NCBI RefSeq assembly: GCF_009914755.1
Contig: NC_060947.1
Strand: one strand, 5' to 3'
DNA: 64,000 nt
Source of the DNA: the human T2T-CHM13v2.0 reference genome, Homo sapiens
Positions 1 through 13,035 of this stretch are shown here, piece after piece. The first letter of the stretch is position 1, and the number at the start of each line of letters is the position of its first letter. The notes below the pieces were generated by a model. That model had not been told where the DNA came from and ran no database searches. It saw only the letters and a list, made by a program, of their open reading frames with translations. The translations under genes were made by a program, and so were the position numbers.

Positions 1-671
1 ACATTAAAACAGAGATCTTAAGACTGACCAAACAGACTGTAGCAATAAGATACATCACATGACAGATAGCAGGATCTGAAAGAAATCAAAGTATTTTACC
101 CTGAAATATATTTCTTTGACATATTTAAAAATGGTTCTGCAAAGCTGTCTGTTGTGGGGGAAATCTACATTCTGTAGAGAGTCCCCTTCCCTTTCCAGGT
201 CTTTCCTGACCCAGGAGAGATTAAGTGAGAGTCTGGCACCTCTTTAAGTCCGATAAGAAACATTTACCATCTACTCTCTCTGAAGCCTGCTACCTGGAGG
301 TTTCATCTACATAATAAGAACCTTGGTCTCCACAACCCCTTACCACAACCCTGACATTCCTTTTTATTGATTCCAGGCCTTTAGGTGAACTCAACCAATT
401 GCCAATCAGAAAATCTTGGAATCTGCTTATGACCTAGAACCCCCTCACCCCCCCCACCCCACCTCCCCTTCAAGTTATCTCACCTTTCTAGACAAAACCA
501 ATGTACGCTATACATGCATTGATTAACTCCTATCTCCCTAAAATGTATAAAATCAAGCTGTAACCCCACCATCTTGGGCACATGTTCTCAGACCTCCTGA
601 GGCTGTGTCATGGGTGTGCCCTTAACCTTCTAAATTGATTGAAACTTGTCTCAGATACTTTATGGTTTACA
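1..671 (+). mobile_element. MER4-group ERV1 LTR (MER4D/E-like), 5' part outside window
   Basis: Resembles MER4 consensus (acattaaaacagaga..., ccttgggcacatgttctcag); ends ...ggtttaca. Confidence 0.85.
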
Positions 672-776
672 AAGGCAGAGCCCTCATGGCCTAATCACCT
701 CTTAAAAGTCCCACCTGTGTTATAATAGCAATTACATTTCAATCTGTGTTTTGGAGGGGACATTCAAACCATAGCA
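672..776 (-). mobile_element. MST (MSTD-like) MaLR LTR fragment
   Basis: gcagagccctcatggcctaatcacctcttaaa...ttcaaaccatagca; interrupted by the MER4 LTR. Confidence 0.75.
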
Positions 777-861
777 ACCACAATTTACTTATCTATTCTA
801 TTTTTGATGAACATTGTTTCCACTTTGGGACCATTATAAATAGTACTACTGTGGATATATT

Positions 862-1354
862 AAAATCAGGAAAAGATGCACAGGGCAGAGTGTGGAAGGA
901 TTCCCAAGGATTCCAAACATGAAGCTCCCATTGTTCTCAGGATGCATTACTCTCATGACAGCAATGTGTAACGATACCCACAAAGGATTGCCAACAATAT
1001 TCTGTGCAAACTGTCAACCCAGGAAGCTCACTTCAGCTTTTATATCCAGAGTTTTTACTGGGGCTTCATTGTGTAGGCTGACTGAGTTGTGGTTGAATTC
1101 AATCTCCAGCTCCCACCCCCATCACATAATTAACCTTTCTGGTATGTCTAGCCTCCACCAAAAGACTATCCAGTGTGGCTTGCCCCACCTTGAGTCATCT
1201 CCTTAGCATGAGCTATTGGGTGTGGTCCAAGTGGCTGACCATGGATAACAACAGTCCCATTACTCCAAAAATTCCAAGGCTTTAGAGGTTACCTTCAAGA
1301 GCCAGGACAAAGGCCAGACCACTCTTTGAGCAAGGCCAAATTCCTTACTACACA
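862..1354 (-). mobile_element. MER21-like LTR
   Basis: caggaagctcac..., agtttttactggggcttcatt, terminal aaattccttactacaca. Confidence 0.7.
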
Positions 1355-2122
1355 GGACCCTTTCCCCTTTTTCTATAAGACTCTTGGATTCTGATATAAC
1401 AATGAGAGAGGAGCTAGTCTGATAATGATTGGGATCATCTGCCCAGTGGGAACGGAGACCCAAAACAGAATTTAAGGTGATTTATAGAAAATAAAGCAAT
1501 ACCATATTTCCTATACATGTGATATAGCAGAATAGTATTTTGCAGTATAAACCAATGTGTTTTTCATTATTGGTAATTACTTTTTACCCCCAAAGCCCTC
1601 CCCTTATTAAAATGAACAGAAAGAAAAGAGAATCATTTACTTTTACGCTACAAAATAGGCTTTTGAAGCTCTTTGTGGAACTTAGATTTATGAAAGAAAA
1701 GATTTTGGGGCTGCAGGAGCCTGAGTAGTTTGAGTATCAAAACCTAAGGTCCTGAAGGCTTCAGGGTAGACACAGAAAGATCTGGAAAAAGACCAGATCA
1801 ATAATAGCTGCTTAAAGCTATATAAAGTATTCCCAGGACTAGCAGAGAGGAGACTCAGAGGGAAAAAAGAACCCTATACATGTGTTCCTAAGAAGGGGAT
1901 CAATTACCTGCATGCACTCTCTCTACCCCCACCTAGGTTCTCTAAATAAATGTGGGCACTAGGAAGGGGTTTTTCTATCCTTTGTCAAAGAGTAGAAGTA
2001 GAATACACACAAGTAGTGTACCCACCCTGGGCCATTGGCAAAAATAGAGCTACCTGCAAGAAATTGGACCCCTGAATATGATCTCTGCCTGGGAGTGGGT
2101 ACAAATTTGTAATACCTTGGAC

Positions 2123-2215
2123 ATGTATATATACGTGTGTGTATATATATACATGTATATATATACACACACATATATATACATACATATATACATACAT
2201 ATACACATATGTATA

Positions 2216-2266
<51 letters not shown>

Positions 2267-2291
2267 TGTGTGTGTGTGTAGAGAGAGAGAG
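2123..2291. repeat. Compound (TA)n/(CA)n/(TG)n/(GA)n microsatellite
   Basis: Directly visible dinucleotide runs. Confidence 0.97.
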
Positions 2292-2360
2292 ACGGAGTTG
2301 TATCATGTTACCCAGGCTGTTCTCAAATTCCTGGGCTCAAGCAGTCCTCCCACCTCAGCC
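2278..2360 (-). mobile_element. Alu left-monomer fragment (FLAM/AluJ-like)
   Basis: catgttacccaggctgttctcaaattcctgggctcaagcagtcctcccacctcagcc. Confidence 0.85.
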
Positions 2361-3549
2361 TTATCTAGCCTTTCAATGAGGTAGGAGTAAAAGGGACTTT
2401 AACATCTTGCCAGGCAACAATAATTACTGTGAGTTAAAGCAGTGTAAACTCTCAGCATGTCACCCTGCCCACAATGAAAACAATTTTTCACATTATGCAG
2501 AGTCCATTCAGGCCTCCCAAAGCAAAAGAGCCCTCAAAGAAGAATTTTAGCCTCTGTTTCAAGCACTTAGGCTTTGTTTCAAGGTTTCAACAATCTCTGG
2601 AATAATTTTTTAGGCAGATTTCATGGTCAATCTACCTGAGCTGTTCCTTTCACCAGAAGTCTTTGCAAGAGGAAAACTCTTCCCCAAAACATGGTCCAAG
2701 ATGGAGGCATAGCCTTAACATAAGGAGAGATACAGCATAAGATTTCTCTCCCAATTCCAGAGAAAATTAATCTCAGGGAGCACGGCTCTTTTCCTATTCC
2801 CATATATATTGGCATGCTCATCTTGAAAGGTAATCTACTATAGGAAAAGACCAAGGACTTTGAAGTCAAACATTATAGCGCCAAAGAGTGATTTTCAAAA
2901 GTTAAAAACATGACTCTCATACAAATTTAAAATGGAAATATGTCAGAGATTTTATTCATGAATGAGGGAATCAATAAGATGGTAAGTTAACCAGAATGCT
3001 CTTCTGTGGAAATTAACTTCCATGAGAGTCCTCTGTGTGTCCTGGGTTGAGGAGGTGTTATAATTGGATGGCTTAACATTTGTCTTTGCTCTGGCCTTGC
3101 AAATTTCATAAATTCAAGATCAGTTTTAAGTAAATTTCTCAGCAAAGGATACTCACAGTCCAAGGTATTAGAAATTTGTACCCACTCCCAGGGGTGGTTC
3201 AAAGAGCATTTGGACTACTGGCATATTTATAGTCACAGGGAAAGCCACTTTGAAATAAATGTACTAAGTTAGAGACAAAACTTGTTAATATCCAAACAGC
3301 AATGAAACCGTTCCTTTGGGGTTATATTTTCTACTGGACATAAAAATTAACATATAACTACAGAGTCTGAGCCCTTAATTAATAGCAAATGGCAAAGTTG
3401 CCCACAGATACATCTCCCTTGATAATTAAATAATGCTTGGGTAATCCTGTCAGTACCCCAGGGTGACATTAAAACATCATATAATCCAATTTCCTCCCTT
3501 ATTTCACAAGTTTTAAATATGTATCTTAAATATCTAACTACGCAATATA

Positions 3550-3640
3550 CTAGCTTTTGAACAATTACCTAATTTCTCTGAGACTCAATTTCTTCATCTA
3601 TAAAATTGAGATAATAATATCTGCCTTGCCTGATTATCTT
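3550..3640 (+). mobile_element. MIR SINE fragment
   Basis: Core ctctgagactcaatttcttcatctataaaattgagataataatatct. Confidence 0.75.
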
Positions 3641-4299
3641 TTCTTACTCTCCAACTAATGGGAGACTAAGTAGAGATAACCCCTGGGTAGACATAAGATG
3701 GAGTTGGGTAACTTTTACACTCATGACTAGGAGTAGAAACCTTTGGGTCCTAGGGTCAGGCACCAGAGCCTAGGTCACCATATCTGGGGGTGGGAAACCT
3801 TGAAAGAAAACAAAGTAAAAAGGAGCAGCAAATCTAAACAGGAGTCAAAAGGAGAAGAAATCCAGAGATAAAGCCAAGAACATGTGTCAGCCAAAGTCAC
3901 ACACAAGTTTGGAGTTCAAAAAATAAAATGCTAAGAGAAAGGAGACAAAAATGAAATGTGAACCTGAGTCACAGAATGTGGCAGCTTTTGTACTATTCAG
4001 TGTTGCCTATGGTGTGGGCTGGCCTATCCTTGAAGATTAAGGTTATCCTTGGACAATGAATAGTGTAAAGGTTAAAGATAATTTATGCCAGCCTCCTTGT
4101 TTCATCTCTAAAAATAGCAGATGTTTAATAAATGGTAGTGATTATACTTTTTATCTGCTTTTCTCTCAGTGGAGCTTGTAAGTGAAGCAGTTATCTTTAA
4201 AAAGAAACTATGAGAATAAAAGTCTCTGTGACTTGTTTAGTATAGAAGAGATTCATATTACTGATGAAAATGAGGTGGACATCTGTTGTTTTTGCCTGC

Positions 4300-4765
4300 T
4301 GTGGCAAACAAGGTGTGCCATTTGCATCTTCTTTAAAGAAAAAAACTTGTTAATCAGCTGCAGAGTGCAGTTAGCTGATAGCCCCCAACTGCAGTGTCTT
4401 CAGGATCTGCCTCAGCACATAATTGTGAGGCCCTGCTCTTCCTGGGCAAGCATAATGTGGCCACAATGACGTGGCCATTTCTGCCGAACATAGTTCTTCA
4501 TCAACAGGCAATCTTTTTTCAGAGCTCCCCACTGGGTTGGCTGAGCCTTTGTCAGATCTGCATTGCCGTCTGAGGCTTTCTCTGCCTATTTCTACTTCCT
4601 CTCTCATTTTTTTTTTTGATAGATGTCAGATTTGCATCACCATCTTAAGGCTTTGTATGTTTATCCTGCTTTCTACTTCTTTTTTTCTGCTAAACCCCTC
4701 AATAAACTTTTTGCACTCCTCATTCCATCTTACCATTTACTTCCCAGAGGACCTGAACGGATGCA
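4300..4765 (+). mobile_element. LTR16-type ERVL 5' LTR
   Basis: TG...CA ends, cagagctccccactggg motif, aataaa near 4701, followed directly by ERVL PBS-like gtcggtactggaagtggtctgaga. Confidence 0.8.
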
Positions 4766-7745
4766 GTCGGTACTGGAAGTGGTCTGAGAAATCAGGAGAA
4801 ACAATGGGGAATGGTGACTGAGTCACTCGCCACCTGATTGGCAATGAGGAACCCATGCTGGGAGGTATGATGGACCCTGGCCTAATCTTGCAGTCTGATT
4901 GCTATAACTTCCACTGGTAGTGATTTGAGAAAAAAATTCTGATGGAGGGAAATGCTCTGGCTGGTGCAAGGATTTGAAAATTCCATGGTAGGGGGAGGTA
5001 GGGGTGGAGGTGTGTAGTCATAATACATATAAGAATAGTGGAATTGCCTGGTTGCTATTAAGATTCAATGACACCCTACAGAGAGATAATGAAATACTGA
5101 GGGAACTTAGTAAACAATTGAAAAACAGGTGTGAAGGCCAGAAGTTCTCTTTGGTAGTTTACAAATAGGCCCTTACCTCCAGAAGTGGGATAGCAGAAAA
5201 ACCTGAGGACAAAACTCAATAATTAATAGTTATATTCATTGACCTTCAGAAATGATTGAGTGTTCAGCTGAGGGAGTTTATTATACAAAAAGTTGGAGCC
5301 CTGTTTGGGGCAAACTTGGACTCTGGTACATGGGATGAGGACATGTGGGTGGATGCTCTTGATGATTTTGACTCCCCAGTCTCTTTAAACCCTGAGAACC
5401 TTCACAGGGGCCCACCTCTCCCTATTACAAGCTAGCATGCTCCCTCTTACCCTCCAGCGTAGAAAGATACACCAGCACTATCTTCTTCCTGGCAAGGCTA
5501 TAGAGGCTGCTCTCAGGATCTGTCTCCACTGTATCTCCTGATTGCCATGGCAATAACTAGGATTATGTTATGTCTCCGTTGGAAAAGTGCTGGGTCTGAT
5601 AAGGGAGGAAAGAGAATTTACCCCAAAGGAGCTGCAAGACCTGTCAAGCATGCACTGACAAGAGCTGTGGAAATACTTACCAATCAGCTGGATTTTGAGG
5701 GTAATTGATCAATGGGGCTGAAAACTATGACTGGATAAGGGAGGGTTTATTGACCTGATGGTACTTTCTTGGGACACGCAGGCAAGGACCTTGGGCATGG
5801 GGTAAAGTCACTGCTGGGTGGCTCCAGAGAAAGTGGCAGCCTAAACTGAGCAAAATTGAAGTGTCTAAATTGCTATAACAAACTGTAGAGCAAGGAATAA
5901 AGAGTCTGAGATAAGTGGGCAGACAGGAATGCATATATTATGCAAGGCCAAAAGGTCCACCAGTGGATTATGCCCAGAGGACACAGTACTTGCCAAGGCC
6001 ATCAGAAATGTGCTGGTGAGATGGTCATCCATCAGCACCATTAAGACATTTAGTGGTGGCTTCTGCTGCATGCAGGCCTGGGTTAAATCAGCGAGTCTGT
6101 CACAAAACTTGGTTTGTTGATAGCAATAGGGATGATGGGACTCAAAAGCAATAGAGGCCAGGTGGTGGTGGCGTTGATCACCAGAAGCCATGGGGGTGCA
6201 ATTATCATTATGACCAGAAAGATTGAAATGACTGCCAAAGGGCCTTAACTAGCAGAGAATTGTGAAGAGGGTTAAAAACTACAGCTCCCTAAGGGCAAAA
6301 CCAATGGGCATACAACCAGGATGCTGGTTAATCAAAAGGATGCAAAAATGCACGCATAGAAGGCTTAGAGTGTCCATTCAATAGAAAGTCCTGACACATT
6401 GCCCATTTCCTGGGTCTGAGCCAGATTTTAGGACCAAAACCCATTGACCAAAGAGATGATCAGGGAACCAGGTCTCCAGGTCCCCAGGAGGAAGGACGCT
6501 GAAACACTATGACAGTGTAGAGTGTGACAATTCCACCAGTCCTTTCCCAAAGGGACTGTTATTAACTTAGATGACTGCTACATTGGGGAAAGGGAAATAT
6601 GCAGACAATTTGAGGACTATTGGACAGAGGATCTTAGTTGACATTGAGGTCTAGACACACTAAGCATCATCATGGCCCCCTGTTAGAGTGGAGGCATATG
6701 GGAGCCAAAGTCTAGCTTACTGATTTTGTGGACTCACCTGGTGGTTATTTTCCTAGTCTCTGTATAATTGGGATGGATATACGTGGCAATTGATTTAACC
6801 CCCACATTGGGTACTTGGCCTGTGTAGGGCCAACAGCTATCATAGTAGAGAAGGCCAAGTGGATGAAACATACCTCTTTCTCTATCACTTACCCCAACCC
6901 CCAAGCAGCCAAGGTAGTAACTCAAAAACAATATCACATCCTTGGGGGTTGCAAGAATTAGTGCTGCCCTTAAGAATCTAAAAAGATCTCATGAATTATT
7001 TTATTTGCTAGTGTGGCCTCTGCAGAAACTGAATGGATCCTGGGGCATGATCACAGATTGTTCCAAGCAATAAGCCCATCCACAGCTGCCAGACTGAACA
7101 TGGTATCCGTGTTAGAACAGATTAATGTGGCTTCAGGTAAATGATAGGCAGCCATTGATTTGGCATGTGTTTTCTTTTCTATCCCAGTCAGGAAAGAGGA
7201 TCAGAAACAGTTCTCATTTATCTGGAATGGACAAACTATGCAGTCACAGTTTTGCCACAAGGCTTTCTTAACTTGTCTGTCCTTTGTCATAACATAGACC
7301 AAAGAGATCTGGGCAGTCCCACAGAATATCACATTGACCCATTATATTGATGACATTATGCTGGTTGAGAAAAGTGAGGAAGAGGTGGCCAGCTGGAATC
7401 TTATACTTCAGTAAAATTTTTAAGGGTCCAGTGCTTGGGCACACTGAGACATCCTCTGTAAAGTAAACTAATTGTTGCATCTTATATCCCTCCCACAAAG
7501 AAGGAATCATAACACCTGGTAATCTCTTTGGGTTCTGGAGACAATACCTTCCATCCCTAGGAATAGCATTTTAGGCATGTACTGGGTGACACAAAACACT
7601 ACCAACTCTGAGTGAATCTAGAGCCTCAAAGGGCTATGTAGCAAGTCCAGGCTATAGTGCAATCAGCCCTACAGATCCAGTAGACCCGATGGCATTGGAG
7701 GTGTTGGTGGTGGAAAAAGATATAGTATGGAATTTATACCAAGAC
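4766..7745 (+). mobile_element. Decayed ERVL internal region (HERV16/ERV3-16A3-like): gag, protease, RT, with stops and frameshifts
   Basis: Protease GLLDRGS*LTL at 6614; RT VLPQGF at 7250 and HYIDDIML at 7340-7363. Confidence 0.9.
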
Positions 7746-7815
7746 AGATATGATCCCCAAGACTATGAGGTGGATGCAATAACCAGATAGGACTTTGGAT
7801 TTATCTTTCTTAGAG

Positions 7816-7818
<3 letters not shown>

Positions 7819-7852
<34 letters not shown>
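7819..7852. repeat. (GT)17 microsatellite
   Basis: Visible run. Confidence 0.97.
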
Positions 7853-7854
<2 letters not shown>

Positions 7855-7866
7855 TTGAAGATTATA

Positions 7867-8998
7867 CAGTCATGTGTCACTTAACAATGTGGACATATTC
7901 TGATAAATGTGTTGTAAGGTAATTAGTGTACTTACACAAACCCAGATGGTACAGCCTACTACACACCTAGGTTATATGGTATAGCCTATTGCTCACAGGC
8001 TACACACCTCCATGGCATGTGACTGTACTGAATACCGTAGTCAGTTATAACACAATGGTAAGTGTTTGTGTATCTAAACATATCTAAACACAGAAAAGGT
8101 ATAGTAGAAATACAGTATAAAAGATAAAAAATAGTACACCTGTATAGGACACTTACCATGAATGGAGCTAGCAGGACTGGAGTTGCTCTGAGTGAGACAG
8201 TGAGTGAGTGGTGAGGAAATGTGAAGTTTTAGGACATCACTGTACACGACTACAGACTTTATAAACACTGCACACTTACGCTACACTAAATTTATAAAAC
8301 ATTTTTTACTTTATAAACTTAATTTTTAAAAACTTTTTGACTCTTTTGTAAAACACTTAGCTTAAAATACAAACACACTGTATAGTTCTGCAAAAATATT
8401 TTCTTCCTTTATACCCTTATTCTACAAGCTATTTCTATTTTAAATTTTTTTATTTTTTACTTCTTAAACTTTTTTGTTAAAGACCAAGACAGAGCACATA
8501 CGTTAGCCTAGGCCTACACAGGGTCAGGATAATTAATATCACTCTCTTCCACCTTCACATCTTGTCCCACCGGAAGTTCTTCAGAGGCAATTAACATGCA
8601 GGGAGCTGTCATCCCCTATATTTACAATGCCTTCTTCTGTACTACCTCCTGAAGGACTTGCCTGAGGCTGTTTTACAGTTAACTATTTTTTTCACAAGTA
8701 GAAAGAGTACACTGCAAAATAACAATAAAAAGTATAGTATAGTAAACACATAACCCAGTTACATAGTCATTTATTATCATTATCAAGTGTTACGTATTGT
8801 ACGCCATTGTATGTGCTATGCTTTTATAAGACTGGTACGCAGTAGGTTTGCTTACAGCAGCGTCACCACAAACACGTGAGCAATGTGTTATGAAAGCTAA
8901 GAAGTCACCAGGTGATAGGAATTTCTCAGCTCCATTATAATCTGATGGGACTACTGTAGTATATATGGCTCATCATTGATGAAAATGTCACATGACTG
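7867..8998 (+). mobile_element. Tigger3b/MER7-like TcMar-Tigger DNA transposon
   Basis: Terminal inverted repeats cagtcatgtg...cacatgactg, TA immediately left; internal sequence resembles Tigger3. Confidence 0.9.
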
Positions 8999-9009
8999 CA
9001 CATTGATAT

Positions 9010-9442
9010 CTACTCTCTACTTCCTGTTTACTAATAGAACCTACAACAAATTTTAGGGAGGCACATGGATGTCTGAAATAAAGACTAAATTTCTCAGCCT
9101 CATTTGCAGTTAGGTGAACTTTTGACTAAGTTCTGGTCAACAGACTACAAGTTTAAGTGCCATTGTAAAGGGGAGAGTAAATGCCTTCAATTCTTCTGCT
9201 GCCTGGAAAGTGGATGTGAAGACTGAAGCCGAAGCAACTGTCTTGAACCATAAATGTGGTAGCGTGTTTTAAGAATGGTCAAACAGCAAATTACACAGAG
9301 CACAGGTCCCTGATAATGGTCTCCCTGCCAGCTCAAGATTGCTTAGGACTCCACTTACGTGAAAGAGAAATAAACTTCAATTGGTTTTAAGCTAATGTTA
9401 CTTTGGGGTTTTGTCACTCACAGCCAATCCTAATCATGATAT
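9010..9442 (+). mobile_element. MLT1J-like MaLR LTR
   Basis: aataaagactaaatttctcagcctc; gagaaataaacttc...ttttaagc 3' motif. Confidence 0.7.
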
Positions 9443-9793
9443 AGGATTATTTGCCCAAAATAATTGTGGTGTTTTAGAGTAATTGATCTTAAGAAGTATT
9501 TACTGTATTTCTGATAATTAGATAACAGAACTGCCTATTGATATTGCTGCCAGTTCATGTCAATAAAAAAACATACTGATCTTTCTATTCTACAATGGGA
9601 GTTAAAGTGAGACGGTATGATTCTAAGTTATCTAAAAGGTTTGCAAATAGTCAAGACACAAAGCAAGGGAAGGGAGGTAGAATGCAGTCTTATATTACAT
9701 CACTTTAAACCATTGATTGTCTGACCTCCAGACCTTTAAGAGAATATATTTGTGTTGTTTTAAGCCAAAAAAAAAAAAATCCCATCATTGATT

Positions 9794-9925
9794 GGCCGGG
9801 GGCAGTGGCTCATGCCTGTAGTCTCACCTACTTGGGAGGCTGAGATAGGAGGATCCTTTGAACTCAGGAGTTCAGGACCAGGCTGGACAACAAAGCCGGA
9901 GCCTGTATCTAAAATTTAAAAATTT
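9794..9925 (+). mobile_element. Alu monomer (FLAM_C-like)
   Basis: ggccgggggcagtggctcatgcctgta...caggagttcaggaccaggctgg. Confidence 0.85.
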
Positions 9926-11349
9926 TTTTTGATTTATCTGTTAGGGGGCCATTAGGACAGACCCCAAGTCTCACAATAGTGCTGAGGCTATGGGTCTAGT
10001 AAGTATGAATAATCAGTAGTCCATATTGAGATCACAGAATTGTTATTCTTACCTGTCAGTGAATGGTTAAGGAGCAGTCAATTCAATTAGACCTGCAATT
10101 GACTCATATTTCTTAATAGATTATTGGCAAAAATTATAAATGAGTATATCAGTGGCCGCTCATGCCCATGTGAAATATTGTCTGCACAATCTGACACATA
10201 CAGTTTTTCAAGTAGGAGCAAACACCAAATTTAAATTCAGTGATCAGCAGACCAATAGGTCTGTAATTTGGGCTACAGACCAATAGGACTGCAGTTTGGG
10301 AATTAGAGAAATGTCCATAAAAATAATGATACTACGTGAAAGCCTGATCAGGAATGCAATTTAAGAGGCTTAATAAAATTATAAGCCGTTGCTTTGGATT
10401 ATGAAAGGTGAGTAAAGGAAACTTTCTGGGTGTCAGCTGAAATCTGGGCACGTTGCTTCAATCTCATTCGCCAGATTCAAAATATGGATTCACAGTGTCC
10501 TCTAAACTATGTTCATTAGTGCCTACAGAGGCCTAACTTGGGTCAATTGTGCAATGTAACAAGGACAGGTTTTTTACATATGCATTTTTTTTAACTTAAA
10601 GTATTTTAAAACTTATTACTTTAGTTAAGCATTTCTTATGCAATAAGTTTGTAATAAGAGTTACCTTTAATAACCTCCTCCAAGGTGACCTCTTCTGTAT
10701 GTCTTTTCACATGACACCACATTATCCTAGTTAAGGTTATGTTTTGTTTTGTTTTGTTGCATCCCAACGATGCTTGTCAAACCAGAAACTGGAAGGGCAA
10801 GGCCCACATTTACCAACACCTGAAACACGATTTTAATGGTCTGTTGTTAGAAATGAAAGGGGAAGCTCCTCTCTTTGGGTATTCAGGGCAATTTCAGGAA
10901 AGAGCAGGAAATTGCCAATGAAATTTCATAAAGAAAACCCTTGCTCTCGATTATTTTTCCCAGCCTTTTAATATCCCCATCCAATTAGGGTAAATAGACT
11001 TTACGACAAGTTAACAGTTGAAGTGAAGTAAAACTGTACACTTTCTACAGAGTACAAAATATCTATAATATAACGTATAGCACTGACCTCAAGGGTATAA
11101 ATAGTATTCTCCCAACATTTGTCACATTTCCTAACACTCATCAATATACAAATTATAATTGTATATTGTTTGTTGAGAAAATTTACATTTAAGCAAATAC
11201 AGCTCTCTTAGTACAACTGCTTATGGAGAACCAGCCTTGGCTGCCCTCTGTCAATTGTGATGTTTAGGTTTTCAAAGATCCACAAATAAAGATGATTAAA
11301 ACTGGTAAAGACTAAAATATGAAAAAAAACCCCACAATCTTGGACACAC

Positions 11350-12340
11350 TTAAAACTAAAATTGAATACATTTTTTAAAAGGCCAACTTGTCAATATGTA
11401 TCAAAACTTTAAAAAGCGTATGGTTTTTATCCAAGCATCTTCACTTTCAGGAATTTTTTTGGAAGAATATAATCATATAATTGAAAGGCATCCGTAAAAT
11501 AATATTTATTGTAGTTTTGATTATGACAATATACTACTTGAAACAATGAAATATATGACAATACATAAGTGGTTAAAAATTATAGCATGAATGTATAATG
11601 AAATATTATGTCATTAAAATATTTTAAATATATAGTTATTAATGAAGAAGATATACTATTGAGTGAAAATATCATGTAACAAAGTACTATGAATTCTATG
11701 AGCTCAATATTGTTTAAAGCATGAACTTATACATTTGCATATATATGCATAGAACATGTCTGGAAATTTATAGTAGGAAATATTAACTGATTGCTAGGTG
11801 CTAGAAATAGTTTATAAAATATTGCAAACACACAAAGATATGAAAAATAAAATGAGAAATACTTGTGTACCTAATACTTGTCTTTATCAAATGTTAACAT
11901 TTTGCCATATTTGCTAGTTATGTTTTAAGTAATAAAACATTTCAGAGATAGACAAAGCCCTCTGTATTGACCCCTCTCCAACTGATTCCTCTCTCTCCCT
12001 CCTAAAGTTCACCGCTTTCCTGAACTTGCCAAAATGTTAGATTTGCCATAATCATATATTCAATATGTATATAATAATACCACTCCCCACATGTATGTAC
12101 ATAAATGTATTATGCATATTATATGTATATAATATTTGATAGTTTTTGCATTTTAAAAGCTTTATCGAAATATCATTATAAAATACATGTCCTGCAACTT
12201 CCTTTTTTCTATTGTGTTTTTAAGATTTATATGTGCACACATATATATGAATAGCTTTGGGTAATTTAAGTATTTAAACCATATTCTACTTTTTTGATGT
12301 ACCATAAATCATTTATTTATTCAACTATTGATGCCAGTGT
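11350..12340. mobile_element. Old L1ME/L1MC 3' fragments (plus then minus orientation)
   Basis: AT-rich degenerate L1 3'-end motifs (tcacttcaggaattt, aatgttaacattttgccatatttgc). Confidence 0.55.
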
Positions 12341-12410
12341 AACATAAATGGCAGTAATGTGTTACTTCTGATATAAAGCAGTTGAGAGCTGTTGTGTTTT
12401 TGTTTTCCCA

Positions 12411-12782
12411 TTTTATTTGTACAAATTTATGGGGTACATATGCAATTTTGTTACATGCATAGATTGTGTAGTGGTCAAGTCAGGGTTTTTAGCATATCCA
12501 TCATCCAGATAATGTACATTGTACCCATTTACCGATCTCTCATCATCCTACTGCCTCCCACTCTTCTGAGTCTCTTTTCGTCTATCTATCTTTCCACTCT
12601 CTACATCTACGTGAACACATTTTTTGCATCCACTAAACAATCTTATGAGTGAGAACATATAATATTTGTGTTTCCATGCCTGGCTTGTTTTACTTATGAT
12701 AGTGACTTCTAGTTCTATCTATGTTGCTGCAAAAGACATAATTTCATTCCTTTTATAGCTGACTAGTATTCCATTGTGTGCA
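12411..12782 (-). mobile_element. L1MA 3' end (L1MA2/3-like)
   Basis: caaatttatggggtacatatgcaattttgttacatgcataga; atgttgctgcaaaagacataatttcattc. Confidence 0.85.
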
Positions 12783-12809
12783 TATTCCTGGTGTGTGTGT
12801 CTTACCCAC

Positions 12810-13035
12810 ACACTGTCTTCCTTTGTTTTCTGGCTAGATGTAGTGATTCCAGTGGAAGACCGCAAGGATCACAAGGACTGAAAAATAGAAAGAGGCTGGG
12901 TCTTTGAAAGGTCATATGGAAGTCTTTTCTTAAGTACTCAACAGCTCTGTGAAATGAACAAGAAATATACCTTTTATTTTGTGAAGCCATTGAGATGTGA
13001 GTGTTGTCTGCTACAGCATCTAGCTTTACTTGAGT
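12810..13035 (+). mobile_element. MLT1J/K-like LTR fragment
   Basis: gaaatataccttttattttgtgaagccattgagat 3' motif. Confidence 0.6.

Larger units (their letters stand above)
2088..3192. repeat. Inverted repeat pair (arms 2088-2122 and 3158-3192)
   Basis: cctgggagtgggtacaaatttgtaataccttggac vs reverse complement of gtccaaggtattagaaatttgtacccactcccagg: 34/35 identical. Confidence 0.95.

Noticed and set aside
1959-2379. Four overlapping ORFs rich in Y/I/H/T/V/C
   Set aside because: Translations of a dinucleotide microsatellite
4182-7510. Several ORFs of 60-116 aa
   Set aside because: Fragments or antisense frames of the decayed ERVL; only 7165-7350 carries a real RT piece, and it is frameshifted
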